Origin: Casimicrobiaceae bacterium
GTDB taxonomy: Bacteria; Pseudomonadota; Gammaproteobacteria; Burkholderiales; Casimicrobiaceae
Length of the DNA: 32,000 nucleotides
Assembly: GCA_026646885.1 (NCBI GenBank)
Contig: JAPKHK010000010.1
Span: 6,703-38,702 of the forward strand
Direction of reading: 5' to 3'
The notes beneath the pieces were generated by a model that had not been told where the DNA came from, ran no database searches, and saw only the letters and a list, made by a program, of their open reading frames with translations. Positions 8,720 to 18,044 of the stretch are shown in pieces (position 1 is the first letter of the stretch; the number at the start of each line of letters is the position of its first letter). Position numbers and translations under genes: made by a program.

Positions 8720-10068
8720 GTCGTTTCCTTGTCAAGCGCCTCGGCCACGGCGCGTGCGCGCGCCAAGGCTGCCGGCGGAAAGGCTATTCTAGCGAAACTG
8801 CCGCTTGCGCCCCTGGTTGCATCGAATCCCATCTTGGAACCCTCGCCTGTGGCTGCGGAGGGGTCGATGACATAAGCCTCGGTGCCGGTCAGCATCACCG
8901 TATCGCGTGCCGCCTGAAAGCGCGTAGCCAGCGCCCAAGCGACATCCCGGGGGCTGCGGATGTCCACGTCATCGTCGACCACGGTCACACTTTTTAAGCG
9001 ACGGTCGAGACTGAGTGCCAGATGAATGAGGCGACGCACTTCCCGCTTCGAACAATCCTTGACGGCGATCACCGCGGCAAAGCTGCAAGTTCCGGGAGTG
9101 AGTTCGAGGTCCACGACCTCGCGCACCAGGTTTCGCAACTGGCCAAGAAGCTCCGCACCGCCGGCGAGCGAGAGCAGCACATCGACGTCGGCGGTAAAAG
9201 GCACTAGCGCCGGGAAGAGGAACTGCTCGCGGTGGGTAACGGCGCTCACTTCGACCACTGGGCTCTCGTTTTCGAAGTAGTAGCCGGTGTTTTCACCGAA
9301 GGGCCCTTCCGGTTCCCGGACCCCGGGAAGGACCCGCCCTTCGATGATCACCTCGGCCTGCGCCGGGACTTGCAAATCGACGCTGAGCGCGGGCACCAGT
9401 TCCACCGGCGCACCGCGCAGGGCCCCGGCGATCTCCATTTTGTCAGGCCCCTGGGGGCCGGTCTTCACGACTGCGGCGATCAGGGTCGCCGGATCGACTC
9501 CCAGTGCCACCGCCACTTCCAGCGGAGCGCCTCGCGCTTCGGCGTGGGCGAGGAATTGTGACAAAGGCGGATTGGCGAGAAAGATGCCGAAGCGTCGGCC
9601 GCCCTTCCACATCATGCGATGGATGCCCATCCCCCGCTGTCCGGTGACGGGATCTCGCGCCAGAACCATTCCGCAAGTGAGAAAGGGGCCGCCATCGCGT
9701 TCGTAGTGGGTCAGCAGCGGCAGAATCGCCGATAGGTCGGCCGGTGTCCGCGCCACCACGGCCTGGACCGGCGCTTCGCGTGCTGCGCGCGGGGGCACTC
9801 GCTGGGCGCTGCGTGCGAGGTAGGTGGAAATCAGGTCCGCCTCGGCGCAACCCAGGGCGTGGGCCGCCAGTCGCCGCGTTGCAAAGAGATTGCCGACGAC
9901 GCGACAGTTCGGATATCCCTGGATACGCTCGCACTGCACCACTTGCCCGCGTGTCTGCAACGCCGCCAAGGTGGCGGCGACCTCGAAGCGAGGGTCGAGC
10001 GGCGACTCGATCCGTAAGAGATCGCTGCCCAGGCTACCGAGAAAAGATCGCAAGTCCGCGTAGGTCAT
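8716..10068 (-). CDS. UbiD-family (prFMN-dependent) decarboxylase/carboxylase paralog. It is the third in the cluster and its role is unknown.
   Basis: 450 aa. UbiD hallmark EGPFGENTGYY, plus IHRMM and DVDIRSPRDVAWA blocks. Translationally coupled to ubiX. Confidence 0.85.
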   Translation of the reverse strand: MTYADLRSFLGSLGSDLLRIESPLDPRFEVAATLAALQTRGQVVQCERIQGYPNCRVVGNLFATRRLAAHALGCAEADLISTYLARSAQRVPPRAAREAPVQAVVARTPADLSAILPLLTHYERDGGPFLTCGMVLARDPVTGQRGMGIHRMMWKGGRRFGIFLANPPLSQFLAHAEARGAPLEVAVALGVDPATLIAAVVKTGPQGPDKMEIAGALRGAPVELVPALSVDLQVPAQAEVIIEGRVLPGVREPEGPFGENTGYYFENESPVVEVSAVTHREQFLFPALVPFTADVDVLLSLAGGAELLGQLRNLVREVVDLELTPGTCSFAAVIAVKDCSKREVRRLIHLALSLDRRLKSVTVVDDDVDIRSPRDVAWALATRFQAARDTVMLTGTEAYVIDPSAATGEGSKMGFDATRGASGSFARIAFPPAALARARAVAEALDKETT

Positions 10069-10114
10069 CGTTCGGCTTTGCGCGTCCCCCGCCCGAGTCG
10101 GGCGCGGGCGGCAA

Positions 10115-10369
10115 TCAACGATACTTCGCCGGCAGTCGCTGCACTTCAGAGAGCACCGCGATCGAGAACCGCCGATTGCTCAGCTGCCCTCGTCCCAAGC
10201 GCACTTGCAGCTGGTCGGTGTGTTTCTGGAGATCGCTCGACACTTGGCACTTGACGCGTTTGTAAGTGAACTTATGCAATCCAGGGTTGAGCGTGCGGAT
10301 GGTCAGCTCGAGTTCGGCATCCTCGGCCAATTCCTTTTCGCTGTTGACGAATACTTCCCACTGATTCAT
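10115..10369 (-). CDS. ppcC: Small (~10 kDa) subunit of phenylphosphate carboxylase. The subunit letter is assigned from memory.
   Basis: 84 aa ORF starting 13 nt after the UbiD-like subunit gene. The size and position match the 10-kDa subunit of the four-subunit Thauera enzyme. It has no recognisable domain of its own. Confidence 0.6.
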   Translation of the reverse strand: MNQWEVFVNSEKELAEDAELELTIRTLNPGLHKFTYKRVKCQVSSDLQKHTDQLQVRLGRGQLSNRRFSIAVLSEVQRLPAKYR

Positions 10370-10382
10370 TTGCGCGGTCTCC

Positions 10383-11831
10383 TCATTTCACCGGCGGAAA
10401 GCCATAAGCCGTCCAATTGGCGAGCACTTTGTCCTGGATTTCCTTGGGGTACACGTTCTTGAACGACACCACGGTCGGCACGTCGTTGATCGGGTCCCAA
10501 TCCACCGGCCAGAGGCAGTCGAACACCACTTTCGAGCCGATAGAGTACTTGCGCTCGTGCGGCGTGGCGAAAGGATAAAGCGGCGTCCCCGGAGCGTTCT
10601 TGTAAATGTGAATGCCGTTGGCCGGGTGGCAGCGGGTGCAGAAAGCGTGGTAGACCTCGTCCCAGTTGTAGATGTCGGTCTTGTCGTCGACCACCATCAC
10701 CATGTGGAACCAGGGTCCGAGCTTGGAACCGAAGGCGAGCTGGCCGATCTGCTGGGCCACGCCGGCATAGGTGGGCTTTACGCCGACGATCATCATGTGG
10801 TGCGTTGAACGCGGATGCATGTACACGCCGGTCACCGGAATGCCCTGGCTCTTCAAGAGTTTCTCCAACTCCAGGCCGAGCGAGAAAGAACGCAGCAATT
10901 GCCCTTCATCCTGCGGCACGCCCATGTTGGAGATGGTCATGGTGGCGTTGTTGCGGTAGGTGATGCAGTTCACCCGGAAGGTGACCCGGAAGTCGCGAGG
11001 GGATGTGCGATAGCCGGTGTATTCGCCGAAGGGGCCTTCCTCGACTTTGTAGTCGGGGCAGATTTCGCCTTCGAGAATGATCTCGGCGTCGGCCGGCACT
11101 TCGAGGTCATTGGTTTCGCATTTCACCAGGCGCGCGGGCTCCCCAGCGAGCATACCCACCAACTCCGGTTCGGGAATGGGCGAAGGCGCACAGGCCGCCA
11201 TGGCCGCCAGGGGCGACAAACCGATGGCGGTGGCGAAGGGGCAACTCTCGCCGCGCGGCAGGTAGTAGTCGTTCAGCGCCTTGCCCAGATCCGAGAAAGG
11301 GAACACCGCGCCCGACATGGTGCGCGGATCGAACATCATCTGCCGATACATGCCCCAGTTCACGTCGCCGCGCACCGGATGTTTGGTCACCACGGCGTGC
11401 CAGGTACCCACATAACGCCCGCCGTCGCCTTCATGCACCAGCGGCACGGGCAGCTTGCACAAGTCGACGTCGGCGCCCCGCAAGATGTTCTGCTTGCACG
11501 GAGCGTCCTTGCGGTCGACCACCACCGGTTGGATCACTTCGCCGTTGGTGCGCTTCAAATACTCCTTGCCGATCTCCGGCAGGCTGGAGGCTGGGTCCAT
11601 GCCCAACGCAATCGCCATGCGCCGATAGGTGGACAGCGGCGCGCCGAAATAGGAGAAGCCTGGATAATCCTTGATGCTCTCCATGAAAGGCGCCGGTGCC
11701 GCCAGCTCGCAAGCACGACGCACGATGGCGCCGGCCTCGTTTTCCCAATCGACTTCTTGCTTGATGCGCACCGCATCGCCGCTGGCGATGCAGGCCTCAA
11801 CGAACTCTCGGTTACTGCGGGGTGCAGCCAC
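10383..11831 (-). CDS. ppcA: Phenylphosphate carboxylase, UbiD-like large subunit (~54 kDa)
   Basis: UbiD family (EGPFGEYTGYR). I place the start at GTG 11831, behind AAAGGAGAAATAC. This gives 482 aa and removes the 17-nt overlap implied by the track start at 11897. Confidence 0.8.
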   Translation of the reverse strand: MAAPRSNREFVEACIASGDAVRIKQEVDWENEAGAIVRRACELAAPAPFMESIKDYPGFSYFGAPLSTYRRMAIALGMDPASSLPEIGKEYLKRTNGEVIQPVVVDRKDAPCKQNILRGADVDLCKLPVPLVHEGDGGRYVGTWHAVVTKHPVRGDVNWGMYRQMMFDPRTMSGAVFPFSDLGKALNDYYLPRGESCPFATAIGLSPLAAMAACAPSPIPEPELVGMLAGEPARLVKCETNDLEVPADAEIILEGEICPDYKVEEGPFGEYTGYRTSPRDFRVTFRVNCITYRNNATMTISNMGVPQDEGQLLRSFSLGLELEKLLKSQGIPVTGVYMHPRSTHHMMIVGVKPTYAGVAQQIGQLAFGSKLGPWFHMVMVVDDKTDIYNWDEVYHAFCTRCHPANGIHIYKNAPGTPLYPFATPHERKYSIGSKVVFDCLWPVDWDPINDVPTVVSFKNVYPKEIQDKVLANWTAYGFPPVK

Positions 11832-11880
11832 GTATTTCTCCTTTGAACGGACCTCAGGCTTGCGAAGCGCTCGACAAACC

Positions 11881-12390
11881 TCAGCCAATCTTGGCAAGAA
11901 TGGCGTCCCATTTGCCTTGGGTCTTCAGAATCATTTCCGCCACTTCGCGCACCGCACCCCGCCCACCGCGGGCCTGGGTAACGTATTCGGCACGGTCTTT
12001 GACGTCCTGCACGGCATCGGCCACCGCCACCGGGAGGCCCACGCGCTTCATCATCGACAAATCCACGAGGTCATCGCCGACATAACAAACCTGCTCGTCG
12101 GTGATGCCCATGTCCTTCAACATTTCCTCATAGGGCTCGGTCTTCTTCTTGATGCCCTCGTAGAAGCGCTTGATCTTCAGCTCTTCGGCGCGGTGACGCA
12201 CGGCCACCGACTTCTTCGAAGTGATGATCGCCACTTCCACGCCGGACATCATCAGCACCACCACACCCATCCCATCCTTGATGTCGAAGTTGCGCGATTC
12301 CACACCGTTGTCGTCGATGATGATATGGCCATCGGTCATGACGCCATCGACGTCGAGAATCACCAGTTTGATGTTTTTCGCTTTTTCCAT
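11881..12390 (-). CDS. ppcD: Phenylphosphate carboxylase ~18 kDa HAD-phosphatase subunit (KdsC-like)
   Basis: HAD motif I LVILDVDGVMTDG, motif IITSKK, motif GDDLVDL. Start taken at ATG 12390 (MEKAKNIK), 8 nt after GGAGAA, giving 169 aa. The subunit letter is from memory of the Thauera enzyme. Confidence 0.75.
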   Translation of the reverse strand: MEKAKNIKLVILDVDGVMTDGHIIIDDNGVESRNFDIKDGMGVVVLMMSGVEVAIITSKKSVAVRHRAEELKIKRFYEGIKKKTEPYEEMLKDMGITDEQVCYVGDDLVDLSMMKRVGLPVAVADAVQDVKDRAEYVTQARGGRGAVREVAEMILKTQGKWDAILAKIG

Positions 12391-12541
12391 GTTCATTTCT
12401 CCAAAAAATCGGCGGTGAAGAAACCGTCGCGAGCGGCTGCGGCGCAAGGCGGACGCAACGCAGCGACCGGCGCGTACTGGGCAGTTCGCGAGGAGCGCGA
12501 GCCGCGCCCAAGGCCGCGATGGGGCCGCGCAGCAGGCCTAT

Positions 12542-13966
12542 TCATCGCCGATCGATGCCGTATTCGTCCCACCGCCCCCTGATCTTCGCAAGGGTCTCCT
12601 CGTCCATGCGCGCTTCGATGGGTTTCTGTTTCCATTCATAAGGAATACAGGCGTCCATCAGAATGCGCGAGGTGGTGAGTTTGTCGGAGTTGGGGTCGAG
12701 CGCCGGATCGAGCGGGGTCGAGCGCCCGCGTTTGATCAGTTCGGTGCCGCGCATCGGGTCGTAGCGACAGGAAAGCGCCCAGAACACGCGCTGAAGGTCG
12801 TCGGCCATGATGTCTTCATCGACGGTGATCACGCCCTTGATGCCGTAGGAGCCGGTGTTGCTGGCAATGACCGCATCGGCCACCTGACGCGAATGGCCGG
12901 GATAAGCCTGCTTCACCGACACCACCGCCCAGAAGCGGCCGGCCGACTCGGGCATCACGCACACCGATTGGACGCCGGGGATTTTCATTTTTTCGAGTTC
13001 GGTCCACAGCGTGGCGGTGCGGGTGAAGGCGAGCAACATATGCACGTCGGTCACCGGCCGCCCCTGCCCTGTGGCCCACAAAATGGGGTTGTCGCGATGA
13101 AGGATCTGCTTCACCTCCAGCGCGGGTTTGGGGATGGGTTTGTGCAGCTCGTCGGTGTAGTACCCGGTGTACTCCGCGAAGGGCCCTTCGGGGCGGAAGT
13201 TCGAAGGATCGATCTCGCCTTCGAGCACGATTTCCGCGCCCGCGGGCACCGGCAGGCCGGTCATGGGCGCCATCAGAAACTCCGCTTGCTGGCCGCGCAC
13301 CGTGCCGGTGATGTCGAAGTCACTCGCCCCTTTGTGCATCAAGGTTCCGGCCATGAACAAGAGCGGGTCGCAACCGATCACCGCCGCGGCGGGCATCTTC
13401 TTGCCCATCTTGGCGTATTTTTTCATGATGCGCTCGCCGCGCTTGCCGGGCAGAATCTGCACGCCGCAGGTTTTGTTGTCGAGCATTTGCATGCGATAGG
13501 TGCCGAGGTTGGTCTCATTGGTCTCGGGGTCCTTCAGCACCACGAACACCGTGGTGCCGATATAACGCCCGCCATCCAGCGGGAAGAACTTTGGCACCGG
13601 GAACATGCTGAGGTCGACCTTGTCGCCGGAAATCACGTTGGCGAGCACCGGGCCGTCTTTCACTTCCTTGGCCTTGATGAGGCCCTCGGCGGTGATGGTT
13701 TTTTTCATCCAGGCCTGGGCCGATTCGCACATCGACAGGTGATGCGGCAAGCCCAACATGATGGCCAAGCGCTTGGTGGTGGCGAAAGCGCCGGTGAACA
13801 CCGGGGTGCTATAGCCCTTGACGCTTTCGAACAACAGCGCCGGCCCTTTCTTTTCTTCGGTGAGTTTGGAAACGTGCGAAATCTCCAAATTCCAACCCAC
13901 CTCGGTCTTGACGCGGGCGAGTTCTCCCGCCGCTTCGCATTGATCGATGAAATATCTGAGGTCCAT
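12542..13966 (-). CDS. ppcB: Phenylphosphate carboxylase, UbiD-like large subunit (~53 kDa)
   Basis: 474 aa UbiD family (EGPFAEYTGYYTDE). First ppc gene after ppsC, as in the described phenol cluster. Confidence 0.8.
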   Translation of the reverse strand: MDLRYFIDQCEAAGELARVKTEVGWNLEISHVSKLTEEKKGPALLFESVKGYSTPVFTGAFATTKRLAIMLGLPHHLSMCESAQAWMKKTITAEGLIKAKEVKDGPVLANVISGDKVDLSMFPVPKFFPLDGGRYIGTTVFVVLKDPETNETNLGTYRMQMLDNKTCGVQILPGKRGERIMKKYAKMGKKMPAAAVIGCDPLLFMAGTLMHKGASDFDITGTVRGQQAEFLMAPMTGLPVPAGAEIVLEGEIDPSNFRPEGPFAEYTGYYTDELHKPIPKPALEVKQILHRDNPILWATGQGRPVTDVHMLLAFTRTATLWTELEKMKIPGVQSVCVMPESAGRFWAVVSVKQAYPGHSRQVADAVIASNTGSYGIKGVITVDEDIMADDLQRVFWALSCRYDPMRGTELIKRGRSTPLDPALDPNSDKLTTSRILMDACIPYEWKQKPIEARMDEETLAKIRGRWDEYGIDRR

Positions 13967-13984
13967 GTTGCTACTCCGTCTGCT

Positions 13985-14671
13985 TCACAAAGTTTCGTTT
14001 CGGGCCGCCACCGCTTCGAGCACCTTGAGGCCCGCGGCCTCAAGAACGGCGGCCACCTTCTCCACGGGCGCGCTGTGAAAGCGCACGATGATTTTGCGCT
14101 CCCGGCTTTTTCCCGGCGTCGGCCTGTGCCCATTGGCGTTGCTGGCAATGGGGTAGATCGCTTGTACTTCGGCGCCCGCCCCTTCCACCAGGTCGGCGAT
14201 GCGCCCGATGATGCCGGGCTTGAGATCGAGCGGCCCCAGCGTGACGCCGCTGCGATTCTCCCAAGCACCCAGAAAATGCGCCGCCAGGGAGAGAATTTCG
14301 TTGGACGAGATCACGCCGACCACCTTGCCCTGGTCGAGCACCGGGAACTGCCCCACGTTCAACTCCTGGCCGCGGCGCAGGCATTCCTCCATGGTCTCGG
14401 TGGCCTCGACGGTGGCGGGGTTACGCACCATCACATCCTTCACCTTGAGGCGGTTGGCGAAGAAGTTGTATTCGTCCGGGTTCTGCGTGCGCGCCACGAA
14501 ATGCGCCGCGCGCAGGCAGTGCTGACGGGTGATGAGCCCCCGCAGCCGGCCCTCGTCGATCACCGGCAGGGCTTGCAGATTGTGTTCGGTGAGAATGCGT
14601 TTGGCTTCGGCGAGCAGCGTGTCGCCATGGACATGCTCGGGGTTGGTCTGCATCCAATTCCTGACGATCAC
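13985..14671 (-). CDS. ppsC: Phenylphosphate synthase stimulating protein (tandem CBS domains plus a C-terminal ACT-like region)
   Basis: 228 aa (~24 kDa). Two CBS-like repeats (LQALPVIDEGRLRGLIT ; VGQFPVLDQGKVVGVIS). GTG start 9 nt after AGGAG. Positioned after ppsB. Confidence 0.75.
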   Translation of the reverse strand: MIVRNWMQTNPEHVHGDTLLAEAKRILTEHNLQALPVIDEGRLRGLITRQHCLRAAHFVARTQNPDEYNFFANRLKVKDVMVRNPATVEATETMEECLRRGQELNVGQFPVLDQGKVVGVISSNEILSLAAHFLGAWENRSGVTLGPLDLKPGIIGRIADLVEGAGAEVQAIYPIASNANGHRPTPGKSRERKIIVRFHSAPVEKVAAVLEAAGLKVLEAVAARNETL

Positions 14672-14753
14672 GAGTGCAAGCTCCTAGGCAAACAGCTCCA
14701 GGCGCGAAGAAACCGCCCAACGCTCGCCAGCGCCGGAAAACGGCCTTTTACCA

Positions 14754-14812
14754 ACAAGGGGAGAAACCCCTTGTCTATCCCCCGCTCGGAACAAGGGGGC
14801 GCGCCCCCTTGT
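14754..14812. repeat. Pair of GC-rich palindromes sharing the arm ACAAGGGG/CCCCTTGT (REP-like, or an RNA stem-loop pair) in the ppsB-ppsC spacer
   Basis: 14754-14774 reads ACAAGGGG-AGAAA-CCCCTTGT. 14791-14812 reads ACAAGGGGGCGCGCCCCCTTGT, a perfect 22-nt palindrome. Both were read directly from the sequence. Confidence 0.6.
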
Positions 14813-14876
14813 AAATCCCCAAAACAGGCTCTTCGATTCATTTCCGCTCCAAAACTGAAAAAACCGGCGTTGCTCA

Positions 14877-15998
14877 CTAAGTCACTTTCTTGCCCGTGAG
14901 CAAGCTGGAGAGAATGAAATCCATCGCCGAAGTGGCTTTGGCCGTGCCGCTCTCCTCGGTCTGGCGCTTTTCGCTCCACACCGTCTCGGGGCGCGCTTGC
15001 AAGATGAAGATGTTGCCGCCGGCGGGCAGATCTTTGTCCACCGCCCATTCGATATCCATTTGCCGGCCGTAGTGTTTTTCGATGGCCTTGCCCATGCGCG
15101 CGAGTTCGACGATTTCTTCGTCGATCACCGATTGCACGTTCTGCCGCTCAAAGGGCGTATCCATCTTCACGGACTTCTGCGTCTTGGGATCGACGGTGTA
15201 GGTGATCTCTTTGGTGGAGATGGTGCGCTCCAGAATGTCGAGCGTGATTTTGTTGACCAGAAAATGGTCCGGCGTGACTTCGCCCGACACCACCGATTCG
15301 CCGAAACCGAAATTGGCGTCGATGGCGATCACCGACCGGTCGCCATTGCCGGGATTGAGAGTGAACATCACCCCGGCGGTGTAGGAGTTGGCCATCTTCT
15401 GAAAGCCCACCGAAAGCGCCACGTCCTCATGCGGGAAGCCCATCTTGATGCGATAGGCGATGGCCCGCGCGGTAAACAAACTGGAAATGCAGCGCCGCGC
15501 GTGATGCAAGACGTCATCGACGCCGCGTATCCAAAGGTAAGTGTCTTGTTGCCCGGCAAAGCTCGCACCCGGCAAGTCTTCGGCGGTGGCGCTGGAACGC
15601 ACCGCCACCGGCACCGCCGGCACCATGCAGCGCACCGAAAGCCGGCGATAAAATTCGGCGATGGCGTCTTCCATTTCCCAGGCGAAGTGATGCGCCTCGA
15701 TGGTTTCGCGGATTGCTTGGCTGGCGTTTTCCAGCTTTTCCAAATCGTCGTGCCCCACACCCTCGAGCATGCGGGGAATATCCTTGGCCACGCCGGCATC
15801 GCGCATGAAGCGCGCGTACCCGTTGGTGGTGAGCGCAAAGCCCGGCGGCACCCGCACGCCGGCGTTGATGAGCTCGCCGAGGGAAGAACACTTGCCGCCC
15901 ACCAGGGCGACATCGTCCTTGCGCACCTCCTCGAACCAGCACAGTTCCCGCGTACCCACCGCCGCGGCGCCCGCGCTGCCTTGCTGTCCCGTCAGCAT
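14877..15998 (-). CDS. ppsB: Phenylphosphate synthase subunit B (PEP synthase / PPDK N-terminal ATP-grasp-like domain)
   Basis: 373 aa (~40 kDa). DVALVGGKCSSLGEL...GVRVPPGFALT is the PPDK_N signature. Confidence 0.85.
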   Translation of the reverse strand: MLTGQQGSAGAAAVGTRELCWFEEVRKDDVALVGGKCSSLGELINAGVRVPPGFALTTNGYARFMRDAGVAKDIPRMLEGVGHDDLEKLENASQAIRETIEAHHFAWEMEDAIAEFYRRLSVRCMVPAVPVAVRSSATAEDLPGASFAGQQDTYLWIRGVDDVLHHARRCISSLFTARAIAYRIKMGFPHEDVALSVGFQKMANSYTAGVMFTLNPGNGDRSVIAIDANFGFGESVVSGEVTPDHFLVNKITLDILERTISTKEITYTVDPKTQKSVKMDTPFERQNVQSVIDEEIVELARMGKAIEKHYGRQMDIEWAVDKDLPAGGNIFILQARPETVWSEKRQTEESGTAKATSAMDFILSSLLTGKKVT

Positions 15999-16120
15999 CT
16001 TGCCGTTTACCCTGTGGTTAAACCTGTTTGAACCTGTTGTTGCCCGTCAGCAAAATTTCGCCGCCGCGAGGTGATTGGCGACCTTGCGCCGCCGCTCACC
16101 CCGCGAGGCAAAAGTGTTGC

Positions 16121-17956
16121 TTAGCGAGCCACGGTGATCGCGCCCGAAGAACCATCCACCCGTATGGTCATGCCGGTCTGGATGATCTTGGTCGCGTGCC
16201 CGGTGCCGACCACCGCCGGCATGCCGTATTCACGGCAAACGATGGCGGCGTGGCTCATCACCCCGCCGACGTCGGTGACGCAGGCCTTGATCTTGGCAAA
16301 GGCCGGCGCCCAAGACGGCGACGTGGTGGGGGCGACGAGGATCTCGCCTTCCTGCAATTGGCGAATGTCCTCCACGGTCTTGCAGACACGCGCCTTGCCC
16401 TCGACGATGCCGGGGCTGCCGGCAAAGCCCTTGAACTCCTTGACCGAGGCAATATCCTTCACTTCGGCCACTTTCGCCCAATCGGCGAGCGAGGAGTTGG
16501 TCACCCCCCAGAGCACGATGGTGAAAGGTTCCTGAATGACTTCGGGCGCGGTGCCGATGGCGGGCGGCGCGTTCCACTCCTTGAACTTCTTCATCACGCC
16601 CTTGCGCCATTCGACTTCTTTGGGCCAGGTCTGGGTGCCGCGCGGCGTCACGCCGGTGGCCCAGGCGGTGACGACATCCCACAGCGCTTGCTTGATTTCG
16701 TCGCGGCGCAGCAGCCACACGTCTTCCACGTCTTTGATGATGCCGTGCTCGACCAGAATGGCGGCCACTTCGCGCATCTTGTTCCAGAACACCGAATGGA
16801 ACCAGTGCTCGACATAGAAGAGGTGGTTCTCCACATACGGGAACACGGTCTTGGCGCAGCCCAGCAATTCATCGAACTGCTTCCTGTCCTCTTCTTTCTC
16901 GATCAAGCCGCGATATTCCGCGGTAATGCGATCGCGCTCGGCGCGCACCTGCTCCATCGGACGCTCGATGTTGACGCCCGCCTTCACCTTCTGGATGTAG
17001 GTCTGGATGCCGTTGAGCGGGATGTTCATGGCGTCGTTCCAGGAGCGGTCGTGGTGGAACCAGCCCGTACCGGTGGAGACGTTGAACCAGGGTTCGCGCG
17101 AGAGGTTGAGCGAGGTGAGCCACTCGACACCCTTGGGCAGCTTCTTGAGCGCTTCTTCGACTTGGGTCCACTCTTGGCTGAAGCACACCGCGTTGTCGAC
17201 GCCCAGCTCGACGGCTTTCTTGGCGAGCTTTTTCAGCTCTTCATCGGGCTGGTACATGATGACGTCGATGCCGGAAATCATCTGCGTCACGCGCTGCGCC
17301 GGAATGCTGGGGAAGAGCTTCTGCACGAAATCGAGGAAGAACACATAGGCCGCGTAGCCCAGGTTCAGAAACTCGAAGTGGTACTGCCAGCACTTGATGC
17401 CGAGGTTGATGAGGTCGTCGTAGTTCTTCAGCAGATGGTAGCCCTTGGACTCGCCGATGGCATCGGTGACCACGGAGATGTCTTCCATGTCGGCCAAGCG
17501 CGGGATCTGGAGTTTCTCCAGTTCGCGGATGGTCGCCTCCATCTTGATCTTCCACTTGGCCTCGAGGGCATCCCAGTTTTTGTAGTAATGCCCGGCGCGC
17601 TCCATGAAGTGGGGCACGCGGCTACCGATTTCCTCGGGGTTTTTCACCGGCACCGGCGAGATGTAGACATAGCCGTTGATCATGCGGTGATCGACGCCCC
17701 GCACCGGCGGCACCATAAAAATGCGGTTGTTGTATTGCGACAGCGCCAGATACCAGGCCTCGTCCCAGATGGTGTCGAAGGGATAAAGCGGCTCGGGGTA
17801 ATGCAGGCCGTCGTAGAACCAGAACATCTCCTTTTCGTACTGGTTGCGGACGGGATCGTCGGTGACGAATTGGTACTGATAGGGATACATCCTTTCCCAG
17901 CCTTCGGTGCCGGGAATGGTGGCGGCTTTTACATCATGTGGTACAGGAAATTTCAT
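16121..17956 (-). CDS. ppsA: Phenylphosphate synthase subunit A (PEP-utilising enzyme with the mobile phospho-histidine domain)
   Basis: C-terminal TDVGGVMSHAAIVCREYGMPAVVGTG phosphohistidine motif. Start placed at ATG 17956 (MKFPVPHD), 8 nt after GGAGGAG, giving 611 aa. The track start at 18013 lacks an RBS. Confidence 0.85.
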   Translation of the reverse strand: MKFPVPHDVKAATIPGTEGWERMYPYQYQFVTDDPVRNQYEKEMFWFYDGLHYPEPLYPFDTIWDEAWYLALSQYNNRIFMVPPVRGVDHRMINGYVYISPVPVKNPEEIGSRVPHFMERAGHYYKNWDALEAKWKIKMEATIRELEKLQIPRLADMEDISVVTDAIGESKGYHLLKNYDDLINLGIKCWQYHFEFLNLGYAAYVFFLDFVQKLFPSIPAQRVTQMISGIDVIMYQPDEELKKLAKKAVELGVDNAVCFSQEWTQVEEALKKLPKGVEWLTSLNLSREPWFNVSTGTGWFHHDRSWNDAMNIPLNGIQTYIQKVKAGVNIERPMEQVRAERDRITAEYRGLIEKEEDRKQFDELLGCAKTVFPYVENHLFYVEHWFHSVFWNKMREVAAILVEHGIIKDVEDVWLLRRDEIKQALWDVVTAWATGVTPRGTQTWPKEVEWRKGVMKKFKEWNAPPAIGTAPEVIQEPFTIVLWGVTNSSLADWAKVAEVKDIASVKEFKGFAGSPGIVEGKARVCKTVEDIRQLQEGEILVAPTTSPSWAPAFAKIKACVTDVGGVMSHAAIVCREYGMPAVVGTGHATKIIQTGMTIRVDGSSGAITVAR

Positions 17957-18044
17957 TTCGATGACTCCTCCAGGCGGTGATCGTTCTGAAACCTGACACT
18001 CGGGCGCACGCAAACCGGTGCGCCCGATGGTGTGACGACGCTAA

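Noticed and set aside
10815-11846. 343-aa + strand ORF. The same reasoning covers 14997-16031 (+), 11671-12582 (+), 1269-2108 (-), 27496-28374 (-) and 28410-29132 (-).
   Set aside because: All lie opposite well-supported genes (ppcA, ppsB, ppcD, pilC, the nitroreductase and the MORN protein). All have shadow-ORF composition.
14715-14729. Internal sigma54-like promoter TGGCGAGCGTTGGGC (- strand) upstream of ppsC
   Set aside because: The GG-N10-GC spacing is correct, but the -12 region (GGGC rather than TTGC) is poor. It is mentioned only as context for the twin palindromes.
12893-14899. 668-aa ORF on the + strand, the longest ORF in the track
   Set aside because: It runs antisense across ppcB, ppsC and an intergenic spacer. 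Its translation is His/Arg/Gly/Ala-rich and low in complexity, with no recognisable motif. The opposite strand encodes clear UbiD and CBS proteins. This is a typical high-GC shadow ORF.
16028-17980. 650-aa ORF on the + strand
   Set aside because: Antisense to ppsA, which has a clear PEP-utilising His domain. The translation is Gly/Arg/His/Asp-rich with no family signature.
17957-18013. 19-codon N-terminal extension of ppsA (track start 18013)
   Set aside because: No RBS. The ATG at 17956 is preceded by GGAGGAG at ideal spacing. The extension is kept only as an alternative.
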